Positions 27,062 through 38,742 of a stretch of 64,000 bases of DNA are shown here, piece by piece. The position numbers and the translations under genes are program-made. Origin of the DNA: Escherichia coli (GTDB lineage Bacteria > Pseudomonadota > Gammaproteobacteria > Enterobacterales > Enterobacteriaceae); assembly GCF_017348835.2 (NCBI RefSeq), contig NZ_CP071375.1. One strand, given 5' to 3'. Below the pieces are notes generated by a model. The model ran no database searches and was not told the DNA's origin. It saw only the letters and a program-made list of their open reading frames with translations. Position 1 is the first letter of the stretch; each line of letters begins with the position of its first letter.

Positions 27062-29863
27062 ATGCAGAACAGCGCTTTGAAAGCCTGGTTGGACTCTTCT
27101 TACCTCTCTGGCGCAAACCAGAGCTGGATAGAACAGCTCTATGAAGACTTCTTAACCGATCCTGACTCGGTTGACGCTAACTGGCGTTCGACGTTCCAGC
27201 AGTTACCTGGTACGGGAGTCAAACCGGATCAATTCCACTCTCAAACGCGTGAATATTTCCGCCGCCTGGCGAAAGACGCTTCACGTTACTCTTCAACGAT
27301 CTCCGACCCTGACACCAATGTGAAGCAGGTTAAAGTCCTGCAGCTCATTAACGCATACCGCTTCCGTGGTCACCAGCATGCGAATCTCGATCCGCTGGGA
27401 CTGTGGCAGCAAGATAAAGTGGCCGATCTGGATCCGTCTTTCCACGATCTGACCGAAGCAGACTTCCAGGAGACCTTCAACGTCGGTTCATTTGCCAGCG
27501 GCAAAGAAACCATGAAACTCGGCGAGCTGCTGGAAGCCCTCAAGCAAACCTACTGCGGCCCGATTGGTGCCGAGTATATGCACATCACCAGCACCGAAGA
27601 AAAACGCTGGATCCAACAGCGTATCGAGTCTGGTCGCGCGACTTTCAATAGCGAAGAGAAAAAACGCTTCTTAAGCGAACTGACCGCCGCTGAAGGCCTT
27701 GAACGTTACCTCGGCGCAAAATTCCCTGGCGCAAAACGCTTCTCGCTGGAAGGCGGTGACGCGTTAATCCCGATGCTTAAAGAGATGATCCGCCACGCTG
27801 GCAACAGCGGCACCCGGGAAGTGGTTCTCGGGATGGCGCACCGTGGTCGTCTGAACGTGTTGGTGAACGTGCTGGGTAAAAAACCGCAAGACTTGTTCGA
27901 CGAGTTTGCCGGTAAACATAAAGAACACCTCGGCACGGGTGACGTGAAATACCACATGGGCTTCTCGTCTGACTTCCAGACCGATGGCGGCCTGGTGCAC
28001 CTGGCGCTGGCGTTTAACCCGTCTCACCTTGAGATTGTAAGCCCGGTAGTTATCGGCTCTGTTCGTGCCCGTCTGGACAGACTTGATGAGCCGAGCAGCA
28101 ACAAAGTGCTGCCAATCACCATCCACGGTGACGCCGCAGTGACCGGGCAGGGCGTGGTTCAGGAAACCCTGAACATGTCGAAAGCGCGTGGTTATGAAGT
28201 TGGCGGTACGGTACGTATCGTTATCAACAACCAGGTTGGTTTCACCACCTCTAATCCGCTGGATGCCCGTTCTACACCGTACTGTACTGATATCGGTAAG
28301 ATGGTTCAGGCACCGATTTTCCACGTTAACGCGGATGATCCGGAAGCCGTTGCCTTTGTGACCCGTCTGGCGCTCGATTTCCGTAACACCTTTAAACGTG
28401 ATGTCTTCATCGACCTGGTGTGCTACCGCCGTCACGGCCACAACGAAGCCGACGAGCCGAGCGCAACCCAGCCGCTGATGTATCAGAAAATCAAAAAACA
28501 TCCGACGCCGCGCAAAATCTACGCTGACAAGCTGGAGCAGGAAAAAGTGGCGACGCTGGAAGATGCCACCGAGATGGTTAACCTGTACCGCGATGCGCTG
28601 GATGCTGGCGATTGCGTGGTAGCAGAGTGGCGTCCGATGAACATGCACTCTTTCACCTGGTCGCCGTACCTCAACCACGAATGGGACGAAGAGTACCCGA
28701 ACAAAGTTGAGATGAAGCGCCTGCAGGAACTGGCTAAACGCATCAGCACGGTGCCGGAAGCAGTTGAAATGCAGTCTCGCGTTGCCAAGATTTATGGCGA
28801 TCGCCAGGCAATGGCTGCCGGTGAGAAACTGTTCGACTGGGGCGGCGCGGAAAACCTCGCTTACGCCACGCTGGTTGATGAAGGCATTCCGGTTCGCCTG
28901 TCGGGCGAAGACTCCGGTCGCGGTACCTTCTTCCACCGCCACGCGGTGATCCACAACCAGTCTAACGGTTCCACTTACACGCCGCTGCAACACATCCATA
29001 ACGGCCAGGGCGCGTTCCGTGTCTGGGACTCCGTACTGTCTGAAGAAGCAGTGCTGGCGTTTGAATACGGTTATGCCACCGCAGAACCACGCACTCTGAC
29101 TATCTGGGAAGCTCAGTTCGGTGACTTCGCCAACGGTGCGCAGGTGGTTATCGACCAGTTCATTTCCTCTGGCGAACAGAAATGGGGCCGGATGTGTGGT
29201 CTGGTGATGTTGCTGCCGCACGGTTATGAAGGGCAGGGGCCGGAGCACTCCTCCGCGCGTCTGGAACGTTATCTGCAACTTTGTGCTGAGCAAAACATGC
29301 AGGTGTGCGTACCGTCTACCCCGGCACAGGTTTACCACATGCTGCGTCGTCAGGCGCTGCGCGGGATGCGTCGTCCGCTGGTCGTGATGTCGCCGAAATC
29401 CCTGCTGCGTCATCCGCTGGCGGTTTCCAGCCTCGAAGAACTGGCGAACGGCACCTTCCTGCCAGCCATCGGTGAAATCGACGAGCTTGATCCGAAGGGC
29501 GTGAAGCGCGTAGTGATGTGTTCTGGTAAGGTTTATTACGACCTGCTGGAACAACGTCGTAAGAACAATCAACACGATGTCGCCATTGTGCGTATCGAGC
29601 AACTCTACCCGTTCCCGCATAAAGCGATGCAGGAAGTGTTGCAGCAGTTTGCTCACGTCAAGGATTTTGTCTGGTGCCAGGAAGAGCCGCTCAACCAGGG
29701 CGCATGGTACTGCAGCCAGCATCATTTCCGTGAAGTGATTCCGTTTGGGGCTTCTCTGCGTTATGCAGGCCGCCCGGCCTCCGCCTCTCCGGCGGTAGGG
29801 TATATGTCCGTTCACCAGAAACAGCAACAAGATCTGGTTAATGACGCGCTGAACGTCGAATAA
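27062..29863 (+). CDS. sucA: 2-oxoglutarate dehydrogenase E1
   Basis: 933 aa [38 protein letters not shown]. Confidence 0.97.
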   Translation: MQNSALKAWLDSSYLSGANQSWIEQLYEDFLTDPDSVDANWRSTFQQLPGTGVKPDQFHSQTREYFRRLAKDASRYSSTISDPDTNVKQVKVLQLINAYRFRGHQHANLDPLGLWQQDKVADLDPSFHDLTEADFQETFNVGSFASGKETMKLGELLEALKQTYCGPIGAEYMHITSTEEKRWIQQRIESGRATFNSEEKKRFLSELTAAEGLERYLGAKFPGAKRFSLEGGDALIPMLKEMIRHAGNSGTREVVLGMAHRGRLNVLVNVLGKKPQDLFDEFAGKHKEHLGTGDVKYHMGFSSDFQTDGGLVHLALAFNPSHLEIVSPVVIGSVRARLDRLDEPSSNKVLPITIHGDAAVTGQGVVQETLNMSKARGYEVGGTVRIVINNQVGFTTSNPLDARSTPYCTDIGKMVQAPIFHVNADDPEAVAFVTRLALDFRNTFKRDVFIDLVCYRRHGHNEADEPSATQPLMYQKIKKHPTPRKIYADKLEQEKVATLEDATEMVNLYRDALDAGDCVVAEWRPMNMHSFTWSPYLNHEWDEEYPNKVEMKRLQELAKRISTVPEAVEMQSRVAKIYGDRQAMAAGEKLFDWGGAENLAYATLVDEGIPVRLSGEDSGRGTFFHRHAVIHNQSNGSTYTPLQHIHNGQGAFRVWDSVLSEEAVLAFEYGYATAEPRTLTIWEAQFGDFANGAQVVIDQFISSGEQKWGRMCGLVMLLPHGYEGQGPEHSSARLERYLQLCAEQNMQVCVPSTPAQVYHMLRRQALRGMRRPLVVMSPKSLLRHPLAVSSLEELANGTFLPAIGEIDELDPKGVKRVVMCSGKVYYDLLEQRRKNNQHDVAIVRIEQLYPFPHKAMQEVLQQFAHVKDFVWCQEEPLNQGAWYCSQHHFREVIPFGASLRYAGRPASASPAVGYMSVHQKQQQDLVNDALNVE

Positions 29864-29877
29864 ATAAAGGATACACA

Positions 29878-31095
29878 ATGAGTAGCGTAGATATTCTGGT
29901 CCCTGACCTGCCTGAATCCGTAGCCGATGCCACCGTCGCAACCTGGCATAAAAAACCCGGCGACGCAGTCGTACGTGATGAAGTGCTGGTAGAAATCGAA
30001 ACTGACAAAGTGGTACTGGAAGTACCGGCATCAGCAGACGGCATTCTGGATGCGGTTCTGGAAGATGAAGGTACAACGGTAACGTCTCGTCAGATCCTCG
30101 GTCGCCTGCGTGAAGGCAACAGCGCCGGTAAAGAAACCAGCGCCAAATCTGAAGAGAAAGCGTCCACTCCGGCGCAACGCCAGCAGGCGTCTCTGGAAGA
30201 GCAAAACAACGATGCGTTAAGCCCGGCGATCCGTCGCCTGCTGGCTGAACACAACCTCGACGCCAGCGCCATTAAAGGCACCGGTGTGGGTGGTCGTCTG
30301 ACTCGTGAAGATGTGGAAAAACATCTGGCGAAAGCCCCGGCGAAAGAGTCTGCTCCGGCAGCGGCTGCTCCGGCGGCGCAACCGGCTCTGGCTGCACGTA
30401 GCGAAAAACGTGTCCCGATGACTCGCCTGCGTAAGCGTGTGGCAGAGCGTCTGCTGGAAGCGAAAAACTCCACCGCCATGCTGACCACGTTCAACGAAGT
30501 CAACATGAAGCCGATTATGGATCTGCGTAAGCAGTACGGTGAAGCGTTTGAAAAACGCCACGGCATCCGTCTGGGCTTTATGTCCTTCTACGTGAAAGCG
30601 GTGGTTGAAGCCCTGAAACGTTACCCGGAAGTGAATGCTTCTATCGACGGCGATGATGTGGTTTACCACAACTATTTCGACGTCAGCATGGCGGTTTCTA
30701 CGCCGCGTGGCCTGGTGACGCCGGTACTGCGTGATGTCGATACCCTCGGCATGGCAGACATCGAGAAGAAAATCAAAGAGCTGGCAGTTAAAGGCCGTGA
30801 CGGCAAGCTGACGGTTGAAGATCTGACCGGTGGTAACTTCACCATCACCAACGGTGGTGTGTTCGGTTCCCTGATGTCTACGCCGATCATCAACCCGCCG
30901 CAGAGCGCAATCCTGGGTATGCACGCTATCAAAGATCGTCCGATGGCGGTGAATGGTCAGGTTGAGATCCTGCCGATGATGTACCTGGCGCTGTCCTACG
31001 ATCACCGTCTGATCGATGGTCGCGAATCCGTGGGCTTCCTGGTAACGATCAAAGAGTTGCTGGAAGATCCGACGCGTCTGCTGCTGGACGTGTAG
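29878..31095 (+). CDS. sucB: Dihydrolipoyl succinyltransferase E2
   Basis: 405 aa [29 protein letters not shown] (lipoyl domain). Confidence 0.97.
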
Positions 31096-31099
31096 TAGT

Positions 31100-31330
31100 T
31101 TAAGTTTCACCTGCACTGTAGACCGGATAAGACATTATCGCCTTCTCCGGCAATTGAAGCCTGATGCGACGCTTAACGCGTCTTATCAGGCCTACGGGAA
31201 GCACCGATGTAGGTCGGATAAGGCGCTCGCGCCGCATCCGACAAGCGATGCCAGATGCGACGCTTACACGTCTTATCAGGCCTACGGGTGACCGACAATA
31301 CCCGGAAGCGATACGAAATATTCGGTCTAC
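31100..31330. repeat. REP/BIME cluster between sucB and sucC
   Basis: Multiple GCCTGATGCGACGCTTA.CGCGTCTTATCAGGCCTACG units. Confidence 0.85.
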
Positions 31331-31370
31331 GGTTTAAAAGATAACGATTACTGAAGGATGGACAGAACAC

Positions 31371-32537
31371 ATGAACTTACATGAATATCAGGCAAAACAA
31401 CTGTTTGCCCGCTATGGCTTACCAGCACCGGTGGGTTATGCCTGTACTACTCCGCGCGAAGCAGAAGAAGCCGCTTCAAAAATCGGTGCCGGTCCGTGGG
31501 TAGTGAAATGTCAGGTTCACGCTGGTGGCCGCGGTAAAGCGGGCGGTGTGAAAGTTGTAAACAGCAAAGAAGACATCCGTGCTTTTGCAGAAAACTGGCT
31601 GGGCAAGCGTCTGGTAACGTATCAAACAGATGCCAATGGCCAACCGGTTAACCAGATTCTGGTTGAAGCGGCGACCGATATCGCTAAAGAGCTGTATCTC
31701 GGTGCCGTTGTTGACCGTAGTTCACGTCGCGTGGTCTTTATGGCCTCTACCGAAGGCGGCGTGGAAATCGAAAAAGTGGCGGAAGAAACTCCGCACCTGA
31801 TCCACAAAGTTGCGCTTGATCCGCTGACTGGCCCGATGCCGTATCAGGGACGCGAGCTGGCGTTCAAACTGGGTCTGGAAGGTAAACTGGTTCAGCAGTT
31901 CACCAAAATCTTCATGGGCCTGGCGACCATTTTCCTGGAGCGCGACCTGGCGCTGATCGAAATCAACCCGCTGGTCATCACCAAACAGGGTGATCTGATT
32001 TGCCTCGACGGCAAACTGGGCGCTGATGGCAACGCCCTGTTCCGCCAGCCTGATCTGCGCGAAATGCGTGACCAGTCGCAGGAAGATCCACGTGAAGCAC
32101 AGGCTGCACAGTGGGAACTGAACTACGTTGCGCTGGACGGTAACATCGGTTGTATGGTTAACGGCGCAGGTCTGGCGATGGGTACGATGGACATCGTTAA
32201 ACTGCACGGCGGAGAACCGGCTAACTTCCTGGACGTTGGCGGCGGCGCAACCAAAGAACGTGTAACCGAAGCGTTCAAAATCATCCTCTCTGACGACAAA
32301 GTGAAAGCCGTTCTGGTTAACATCTTCGGCGGTATCGTTCGTTGCGACCTGATCGCTGACGGTATCATCGGCGCGGTAGCGGAAGTGGGTGTTAACGTAC
32401 CGGTCGTGGTACGTCTGGAAGGTAACAACGCCGAACTCGGCGCGAAGAAACTGGCTGACAGCGGCCTGAATATTATTGCAGCAAAAGGTCTGACGGATGC
32501 AGCTCAGCAGGTTGTTGCCGCAGTGGAGGGGAAATAA
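31371..32537 (+). CDS. sucC: Succinyl-CoA synthetase beta subunit
   Basis: 388 aa [39 protein letters not shown]. Confidence 0.97.
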
Positions 32538-33406
32538 TGTCCATTTTAATTGATAAAAACACCAAGGTTATCTGCCAGGGCTTTACCGGTAGCCAGGGGA
32601 CTTTCCACTCAGAACAGGCCATTGCATACGGCACTAAAATGGTTGGTGGCGTAACTCCAGGTAAAGGCGGCACTACCCACCTCGGCCTGCCGGTGTTCAA
32701 CACCGTGCGTGAAGCTGTTGCTGCTACTGGTGCTACCGCGTCTGTTATCTACGTACCAGCACCGTTCTGCAAAGACTCCATTCTGGAAGCCATCGACGCA
32801 GGCATCAAACTGATTATCACCATCACTGAAGGTATCCCGACGCTGGATATGCTGACCGTGAAAGTGAAACTGGACGAAGCAGGCGTTCGTATGATCGGCC
32901 CGAACTGCCCAGGCGTTATCACCCCGGGTGAATGCAAAATCGGTATCCAGCCGGGTCACATTCACAAACCGGGTAAAGTGGGTATCGTTTCCCGTTCCGG
33001 TACACTGACCTATGAAGCGGTTAAACAGACCACGGATTACGGTTTCGGTCAGTCGACCTGTGTCGGTATCGGCGGTGACCCGATCCCTGGCTCTAACTTT
33101 ATCGACATTCTCGAAATGTTCGAAAAAGATCCGCAGACCGAAGCGATCGTGATGATCGGTGAGATCGGCGGTAGCGCAGAAGAAGAAGCTGCTGCGTACA
33201 TCAAAGAGCACGTTACCAAGCCAGTTGTAGGTTACATCGCTGGTGTGACTGCGCCGAAAGGCAAACGTATGGGCCACGCGGGTGCCATCATTGCCGGTGG
33301 GAAAGGGACTGCGGATGAGAAATTCGCTGCTCTGGAAGCCGCAGGCGTGAAAACCGTTCGCAGCCTGGCGGATATCGGTGAAGCACTGAAAACTGTTCTG
33401 AAATAA
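32537..33406 (+). CDS. sucD: Succinyl-CoA synthetase alpha subunit
   Basis: 289 aa [45 protein letters not shown]. Confidence 0.97.
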
Positions 33407-33505
33407 ATATCTGTAATAAGAAATAGCCCTCGCCGCTTCCCTCTACAGGAATGGCGAAGGGCTGTCGGTTTCGACATGGTTGGCCATCGTATGATGGCCT
33501 TTTTT
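33407..33505 (+). ncRNA. sdhX: sucD 3'UTR-derived sRNA (SdhX/RybD-like) ending in the sucD terminator
   Basis: Two stem-loops directly after the sucD stop: AGCCCTCGCC...GGCGAAGGGCT and GGCCATCGTATGATGGCC followed by TTTTTT. Position and structure match the known SdhX sRNA of E. coli/Salmonella. The exact 5' end is not determinable from sequence. Confidence 0.5.
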
Positions 33506-34012
33506 ATGCCTTAAACGGTTAACCACGGTCGAAATCTGACTGCAGGCTTGACTGCATGACCACAGCCACTGTGGATTGTCGCAACCGACCGCAAGCCACG
33601 AATAAGAACGACGGCGAATTTCGAATCGTTACCTGATGCACTGGCTTCCCAGCGTTTGACCGTAGCGTTAAGTAAATCAACAAAAGCGATGTTCACCGCT
33701 TTTCGTCAAGTCGTGCCATTTGTCAGCCAGGATCGGGTCTTTACCCCGGATATTGCAGCATCGCAAAAATTCTTAGAGGGATATGCTATAAATCAAAAAT
33801 AAAATCTTTGTTGATTGTTTATCATAATATCCACAGATATGATAAATGATATCAATTTAATAATTTTCACTTAATGTGATTCCGGATAATTCGAAAGGCG
33901 CTGTGCTTTTCGGATTATTATTATCTGATTAAGATATTTGTCACGCCAGGCTTACTGGTTTATAAATGTCAATCATGATTCTTATAAATTATTTATTGCT
34001 GCTTTGGTTACC

Positions 34013-34032
34013 ATTACTTCGTAATAAGTAAT
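34013..34032. promoter_or_regulatory. LysR-type operator (T-N11-A palindrome) upstream of the island LysR gene
   Basis: ATTACTTCGTAATAAGTAAT is a perfect inverted repeat of ATTACTT, 40 bp upstream of the LysR start codon. It sits inside a 350-bp AT-rich leader. Confidence 0.5.
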
Positions 34033-34072
34033 GTATTTTTGATTGTTTAAACTATTTTTAAGGGACGGCATT

Positions 34073-34978
34073 ATGCGAGGGAAAATACCTAAAACGGAAC
34101 TGCTGGTGACTTTTGAGGTCGTCGCACGTCATGAAAGTTATACCAGAGCGGCAGAGGAGTTAGCGTTAACCCAAAGTGCAGTATTCAGACAAGTAAGTGC
34201 GCTGGAGGAATTTTTACGTACTCCGTTATTTTCACACTCTAAAAAACGTATTTTTCTTAATGATGCAGGGAAGTATTACCTGGGGATAGTAAAAGAAACA
34301 TTAAATAAGCTGGAACGCGATACCAATACCATTATGACCTGGCAGCCTACGGTTCAGGTTATTGAACTTGCCGTTAATCCTACTTTTAGTACCCACTGGT
34401 TAATCCCAAATTTACATGAATTCACAAAGTTACATCCCGATATTATTGTTAATATTCATTCTTTAGCTAATAACGGCGATTTTCTTAATCGGGAGTACGA
34501 TGCTGTCATTATGCGCGAAAATTTTTGCGCGCCCTGGGCGGAAGTAGAATATCTCTTTGATGAGGAGATTTTGCCGGTATGCAGCGGCAGTTTGCTTGCA
34601 ATGTCCGATCAAAAACTGTCAGTGGCAGAACTGCTTACTGAGTTACCGCTTCTGCATCAAAGCACCCGTATTACTGGCTGGGAAGAGTGGTTTGCTTTAT
34701 CTGGCGTTAGCAGTCCGCTGGTCAATAACGGACCACGTTTCGATTTGCTATCAATGCTGATTGCCGCCGTGCGCTCTAATCTCGGCGTGGCGCTGTTACC
34801 ACGTTTCGCTATTCAACATGATTTGGATAGTGGCGATATGGTGATCCCCTGTGATGTGCCTATTCGTACCGGTAATCGTTTTATTATGACGTGGCAGGAA
34901 GAGAAGTCTGACTCACCGCACTTGCAGCAATTTCGTGAATGGTTGCTGGTGAAATCGGTCGTACCGCAGGAGATGTAA
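34073..34978 (+). CDS. LysR-family transcriptional regulator (island-encoded)
   Basis: Start at MRGKIPKTELLVTFEVVARHESYTRAAEELALTQSAVFRQVSALEEFL (HTH) with AAGGGA RBS. ~301 aa. The tracked ORF begins 30 nt earlier at 34043. Confidence 0.85.
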   Translation: MRGKIPKTELLVTFEVVARHESYTRAAEELALTQSAVFRQVSALEEFLRTPLFSHSKKRIFLNDAGKYYLGIVKETLNKLERDTNTIMTWQPTVQVIELAVNPTFSTHWLIPNLHEFTKLHPDIIVNIHSLANNGDFLNREYDAVIMRENFCAPWAEVEYLFDEEILPVCSGSLLAMSDQKLSVAELLTELPLLHQSTRITGWEEWFALSGVSSPLVNNGPRFDLLSMLIAAVRSNLGVALLPRFAIQHDLDSGDMVIPCDVPIRTGNRFIMTWQEEKSDSPHLQQFREWLLVKSVVPQEM

Positions 34979-34983
34979 AACCT

Positions 34984-35010
34984 GCGCCTGGCGGGATGCC
35001 AGGCGCAGTT
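34984..35010. terminator. Bidirectional hairpin between the convergent LysR gene and the btuR-like gene
   Basis: CCTGCGCCTGGCGGGATGCCAGGCGCAGG: a perfect 12-bp stem. Confidence 0.6.
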
Positions 35011-35011
35011 A

Positions 35012-35614
35012 TTACCAGTCGATACCCGGCTGGGCCTGAATGCCGTTATCAAAAGCATGTTTGACGGGGCGGATTTCGCTTACCGTATCCGCCATTTTTA
35101 ATATCTGACTGTGGCAACCGCGTCCGGTGACAATGACACTTTGTTGTGCCGGGCGGTTTTGCAGAGAAGCGATCACTTCTTCGGTATCCAAATAATGGTA
35201 AGCCAGCATATAGGTCAGCTCATCAAGCACCACTAAGTCGTAACGCTTGTCAGCCAGCATCCGTTTGCTTTCCGACCAGACCTCTTTCGCCGCGTCGATA
35301 TCCGCTTGCCGGTTCTGTGTCTCCCAGGTAAAACCAGTTCCCATAATATGAAACTCAACCCCCAGCGGCTGGAGAAGGTTGTATTCGCCGTTGTCCCATT
35401 GCCCCTTGATGTACTGCGCAACCCCCACCGTTTTGCCATGACCCACCGCGCGCGTCACAGTACCAAACGCGGCAGTGGATTTCCCTTTGCCGTTGCCGGT
35501 GAAAACAATCAAGATCCCTTTTTTCTCTATCGCCGCTGCGACGCGCGTATCGACCTGTTCCTTCAATTTCTGTTGGCGCTGCACATGCCGTTCAGTTGAA
35601 ATTCGCGCTTCCAT
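35012..35614 (-). CDS. ATP:cob(I)alamin adenosyltransferase, BtuR/CobA-family paralog
   Basis: 200 aa ...GILIVFTGNGKGKSTAAFGTVTRAVGHGKTVGVAQYIKGQWDNGE...DLVVLDELTYM... Near-collinear with E. coli BtuR (P-loop GNGKGK[ST]T, LDE motif). Lies 10 bp downstream of fumD. Confidence 0.85.
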   Translation of the reverse strand: MEARISTERHVQRQQKLKEQVDTRVAAAIEKKGILIVFTGNGKGKSTAAFGTVTRAVGHGKTVGVAQYIKGQWDNGEYNLLQPLGVEFHIMGTGFTWETQNRQADIDAAKEVWSESKRMLADKRYDLVVLDELTYMLAYHYLDTEEVIASLQNRPAQQSVIVTGRGCHSQILKMADTVSEIRPVKHAFDNGIQAQPGIDW

Positions 35615-35623
35615 TCATTTTCC

Positions 35624-37276
35624 TTAATGTCCCGCAGGGCAACTGGCGCAGCGATGTTGCTGCTCAAACTGACTAAAGAAATTATTGCCTTTATCATCTA
35701 CCAGGATGAATGCGGGCAGATTTTCCACTTCCATCATCCACACCGCTTCCATACCCAGCTCCGGATATTCCAGGCAACGCAGACTTTTGACATATTCTTG
35801 CGCCAGTAACGCAGCTGCACCGCCAATACTTCCCAGATTGAAGCCGCCATGTTTGTGACAGGCATCGGTGACCTGCTGGCTGCGGTTACCTTTCGATAAC
35901 ATCACCAGACTGCCGCCAGCCGCCTGGAAGGTATCGATATAACGGTCCATTCGACCGCCCGTGGTTGGACCCAGTGAACCGCAGGCCATGTTCTCCGGTG
36001 TTTTCGCCGGGCCAGCGTAATAGACAATATGATGCTTCAGGTACTCCGGCATCGATTCGCCGCTATCCAGCCGCGCTTTTATTTTGGCGTGGGCGATATC
36101 GCGCGCCACTACGATGGGACCACTTAACGACACGCGGGTGCCTACCGGTAATCTGGCGAGATCCAGCATCACGTCACGCAACGGACGGTTTAGATCCAGT
36201 TGTACATGTTGCGCGTGATTTTCTTCCCGCAATGAGGCTGGAATATATTGCCCCGGATTGTGTTCGAGTTTTTCCAGCCAGATACCGTGTTTGTTAATTT
36301 TTGCTTTGATATTGCGATCGGCAGAACAGGAGAGCGCCATAGCTATCGGGCAAGAGCCACCGTGACGCGGCAGACGAATGACGCGAATATCATGAGCGAA
36401 ATATTTCCCCCCAAATTGTGCACCAATACCAAATTGCTGACTGGCCTCGAGCAACACTTTTTCCAGCTCAATATCACGGAATGCTTGTCCCTGCTCGTTT
36501 CCGCTGGTGGGCAAATTGTCGTAATATTTCGTTGAGGCCAGCTTGGCAACTTTTAAGGTTTGATCGGCTGAAAGCCCTCCGACGGCAAAGGCGATGTGGT
36601 AAGGCGGGCAGGCAGCGGTGCCCAGCGATTTCATTTTTTCGATTAAAAATGCGGTCAGTTTTTCTGGTTGCAATAAGGATTTGGTTTCCTGATAAAGCGC
36701 GGCTTTATTGGCAGAGCCGCCTCCTTTATTAACACAGAGGAAATGGTACTCATCACCAGCGACAGCGCTGATATCAATCTGCGCCGGGAGATTGGTTTGC
36801 GTATTGACTTCGGTATACATATCCAGCGGCGCATTTTGTGAAAAGCGCAGATTATTTTCCTGGAAAGTACTGTAAATGCCTTTACTTAAGGCTTCGGCGT
36901 CGTTACTTCCGGTCCATATCTGTTGCCCTTTACTGGCAACAATAGTTGCGGTGCCGGTATCCTGACAGTTGGGTAATACCCCTTTTGCTGAGACTTCAGC
37001 ATTACGTAATAACTGCAACGCAACGTATTTATCATTACTACTGGCCTGCTGATCGTTAAGAATGCTGGCGACCTGTTGCAAATGAGTGGAACGTAAGAAA
37101 AAAGAGGCTTCATAAAATGCCTGCCGGGCAAGCAGCGTTAATGCTTCAGGAGTGATTTTTATCACTTCTTCGCCGTCTAATTCCGTTACTGTAATATGTT
37201 GATCGCTAATTAATGTATATTCTGTACCGTCTTTATTTTGTAGAAACGGTTCTTGCCAGATAAATGGTTTGGACAT
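35624..37276 (-). CDS. fumD: Class I (Fe-S) fumarate hydratase family enzyme with fused alpha/beta domains; mesaconase/fumarase FumD-type
   Basis: 550 aa. The C-terminal end of the ORF carries the C...CASCPAGH cysteine-cluster region and [13 protein letters not shown], typical of the FumA/FumB/L-tartrate dehydratase family. Sits in a methylaspartate-pathway gene cluster, as described for E. coli O157:H7 FumD. Confidence 0.8.
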   Translation of the reverse strand: MSKPFIWQEPFLQNKDGTEYTLISDQHITVTELDGEEVIKITPEALTLLARQAFYEASFFLRSTHLQQVASILNDQQASSNDKYVALQLLRNAEVSAKGVLPNCQDTGTATIVASKGQQIWTGSNDAEALSKGIYSTFQENNLRFSQNAPLDMYTEVNTQTNLPAQIDISAVAGDEYHFLCVNKGGGSANKAALYQETKSLLQPEKLTAFLIEKMKSLGTAACPPYHIAFAVGGLSADQTLKVAKLASTKYYDNLPTSGNEQGQAFRDIELEKVLLEASQQFGIGAQFGGKYFAHDIRVIRLPRHGGSCPIAMALSCSADRNIKAKINKHGIWLEKLEHNPGQYIPASLREENHAQHVQLDLNRPLRDVMLDLARLPVGTRVSLSGPIVVARDIAHAKIKARLDSGESMPEYLKHHIVYYAGPAKTPENMACGSLGPTTGGRMDRYIDTFQAAGGSLVMLSKGNRSQQVTDACHKHGGFNLGSIGGAAALLAQEYVKSLRCLEYPELGMEAVWMMEVENLPAFILVDDKGNNFFSQFEQQHRCASCPAGH

Positions 37277-37383
37277 ATTTCACTTTTCACCTTAAACGTT
37301 AGTGTTACTTAATTGCCGTCTAACTTCATGATCCGGCTTATAAAAATGCGTAGTCATTGGCTTCAGATTGCTTAAGAGCCCCC

Positions 37384-38664
37384 TCAGGGCAGAGCAACGT
37401 TCGATTCATTGGTTTTTAATGCTTTACCCCGACAGCCCTCGCCGAAATGTTCGCCTTCCCACCGACTCACCATCGCAGCGCCCATTGCGTTACTCATGAC
37501 GTTTGTCGCGGAACGCCCCATATCAAGGAACGGATCAACGCCCATCAGCAAGATCAGCCCCGCTTCCGGAATATTGAACTGGTTGAGCGTGGCGGCGATA
37601 ACCACCATTGAGGCGCGTGGTACGCCAGCCATTCCTTTCGAGGTCAACATCAGGATCAACAGCATGGTGATTTGCTCACCGATGGATAAATGGATATTGC
37701 AGGCCTGGGCGATGAAAACTGTGGCGAAGGAGCAGTAGGCCATTGATCCAACGAGATTAAATGAGTAGCCAATGGGTAAGACAAAGCTGGCAATTTTGGG
37801 GGAAACGCCAAATTGCTCCAGTTTTTCAAGCGTTCCCGGAAAAGCCGCTTCAGAACTGGATGTGGTAAATGCCAACAGGGCGGGTTCCGAAAGGGCGCGG
37901 GTCAGGCGTCTGATGCAGGGGCCGACATAAACGATGGCCAGACCGATAAGCAGCACCCAAAGTAATAACATGGTGAAATAAAATTCACCCATAAAGATCC
38001 CGGCGCTCACCATAACGGCCAGTCCTCGTTCAGCAATCAATGCTGAAATAGCGGCGAATACGGTCAGGGGAGCGAAGAGCATGACGTAGCCAGTGAGCTT
38101 TAACATGGCATGTGCCAGCGAATCTAAGGCGTGAACGATGGCGCTGCCTTTCTCGCCAATCGCCGTCAGGCTACAGCCGAGGAAAATTGAGAACACCACG
38201 ATTTGCAAAATTTCATTGTGCGCCATGGCATCGACAATGCTGGTGGGGAAAGCATGCGAAATAAATACTTTTAGCGTAAAGGGTTCTGCCGCGACCACTC
38301 CGGTGGTTTCGGCACCGTGTGCAACAAAATTAATTCCTGTACCTGGCATGAAGAAATTTACCGTTATCAAGCCTAAGGCAATTGACAGCAATGAGGCGCA
38401 AATAAATAAAAAGAGTGTTTTAGAAAAAATACGACCAAGGGCTTTAGCATCGCCCATTTTAGCAATACCTACCACCAGGGTAGAAACCACTAACGGAGCG
38501 ATAATCATTTTTATCAGTCGTAAGAAAATCGTCGTGAATATCGATATTTCTTGCGCATAGAGTTTTGCTGTTTCCGGTGAAGCAGTGTTATTGAGCACTA
38601 CGCCGATAATCATTCCAAGTACCAGCGCCAAAAGAATCATCGTGGTTAAACTTATTTTCTTCAT
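37384..38664 (-). CDS. Dicarboxylate/amino acid:cation symporter (DAACS; GltP/DctA family)
   Basis: Start at MKKISLTTMILLALVLGMIIGVV (GGAGG RBS). ~426 aa polytopic protein with DAACS-like hydrophobic repeats. Substrate (glutamate, mesaconate or a C4-dicarboxylate) not decidable. Confidence 0.8.
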   Translation of the reverse strand: MKKISLTTMILLALVLGMIIGVVLNNTASPETAKLYAQEISIFTTIFLRLIKMIIAPLVVSTLVVGIAKMGDAKALGRIFSKTLFLFICASLLSIALGLITVNFFMPGTGINFVAHGAETTGVVAAEPFTLKVFISHAFPTSIVDAMAHNEILQIVVFSIFLGCSLTAIGEKGSAIVHALDSLAHAMLKLTGYVMLFAPLTVFAAISALIAERGLAVMVSAGIFMGEFYFTMLLLWVLLIGLAIVYVGPCIRRLTRALSEPALLAFTTSSSEAAFPGTLEKLEQFGVSPKIASFVLPIGYSFNLVGSMAYCSFATVFIAQACNIHLSIGEQITMLLILMLTSKGMAGVPRASMVVIAATLNQFNIPEAGLILLMGVDPFLDMGRSATNVMSNAMGAAMVSRWEGEHFGEGCRGKALKTNESNVALP

Positions 38665-38710
38665 TTTTTCCTCCATCAGGTGCACGGCGATAAATCAGAA
38701 TCAGGAGAAG

Positions 38711-38742
38711 TAGATGCCTGAATAGAGATTCAGGCATCTACC
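38711..38742. other. Perfect 14-bp-stem hairpin in the intergenic region between the DUF4387-like gene and the transporter gene
   Basis: GTAGATGCCTGAATAGAGATTCAGGCATCTAC. No flanking T-run on either strand. Confidence 0.5.

Noticed and set aside
27764-30076. 770-aa ORF antisense to sucA/sucB
   Set aside because: Opposite-strand shadow of highly expressed, codon-biased genes. It spans the sucA-sucB junction, which no real gene would.
33511-33696. 61-aa ORF just after the sucD terminator
   Set aside because: Short, no RBS, overlaps the sRNA/terminator region. Treated as non-coding leader of the island.
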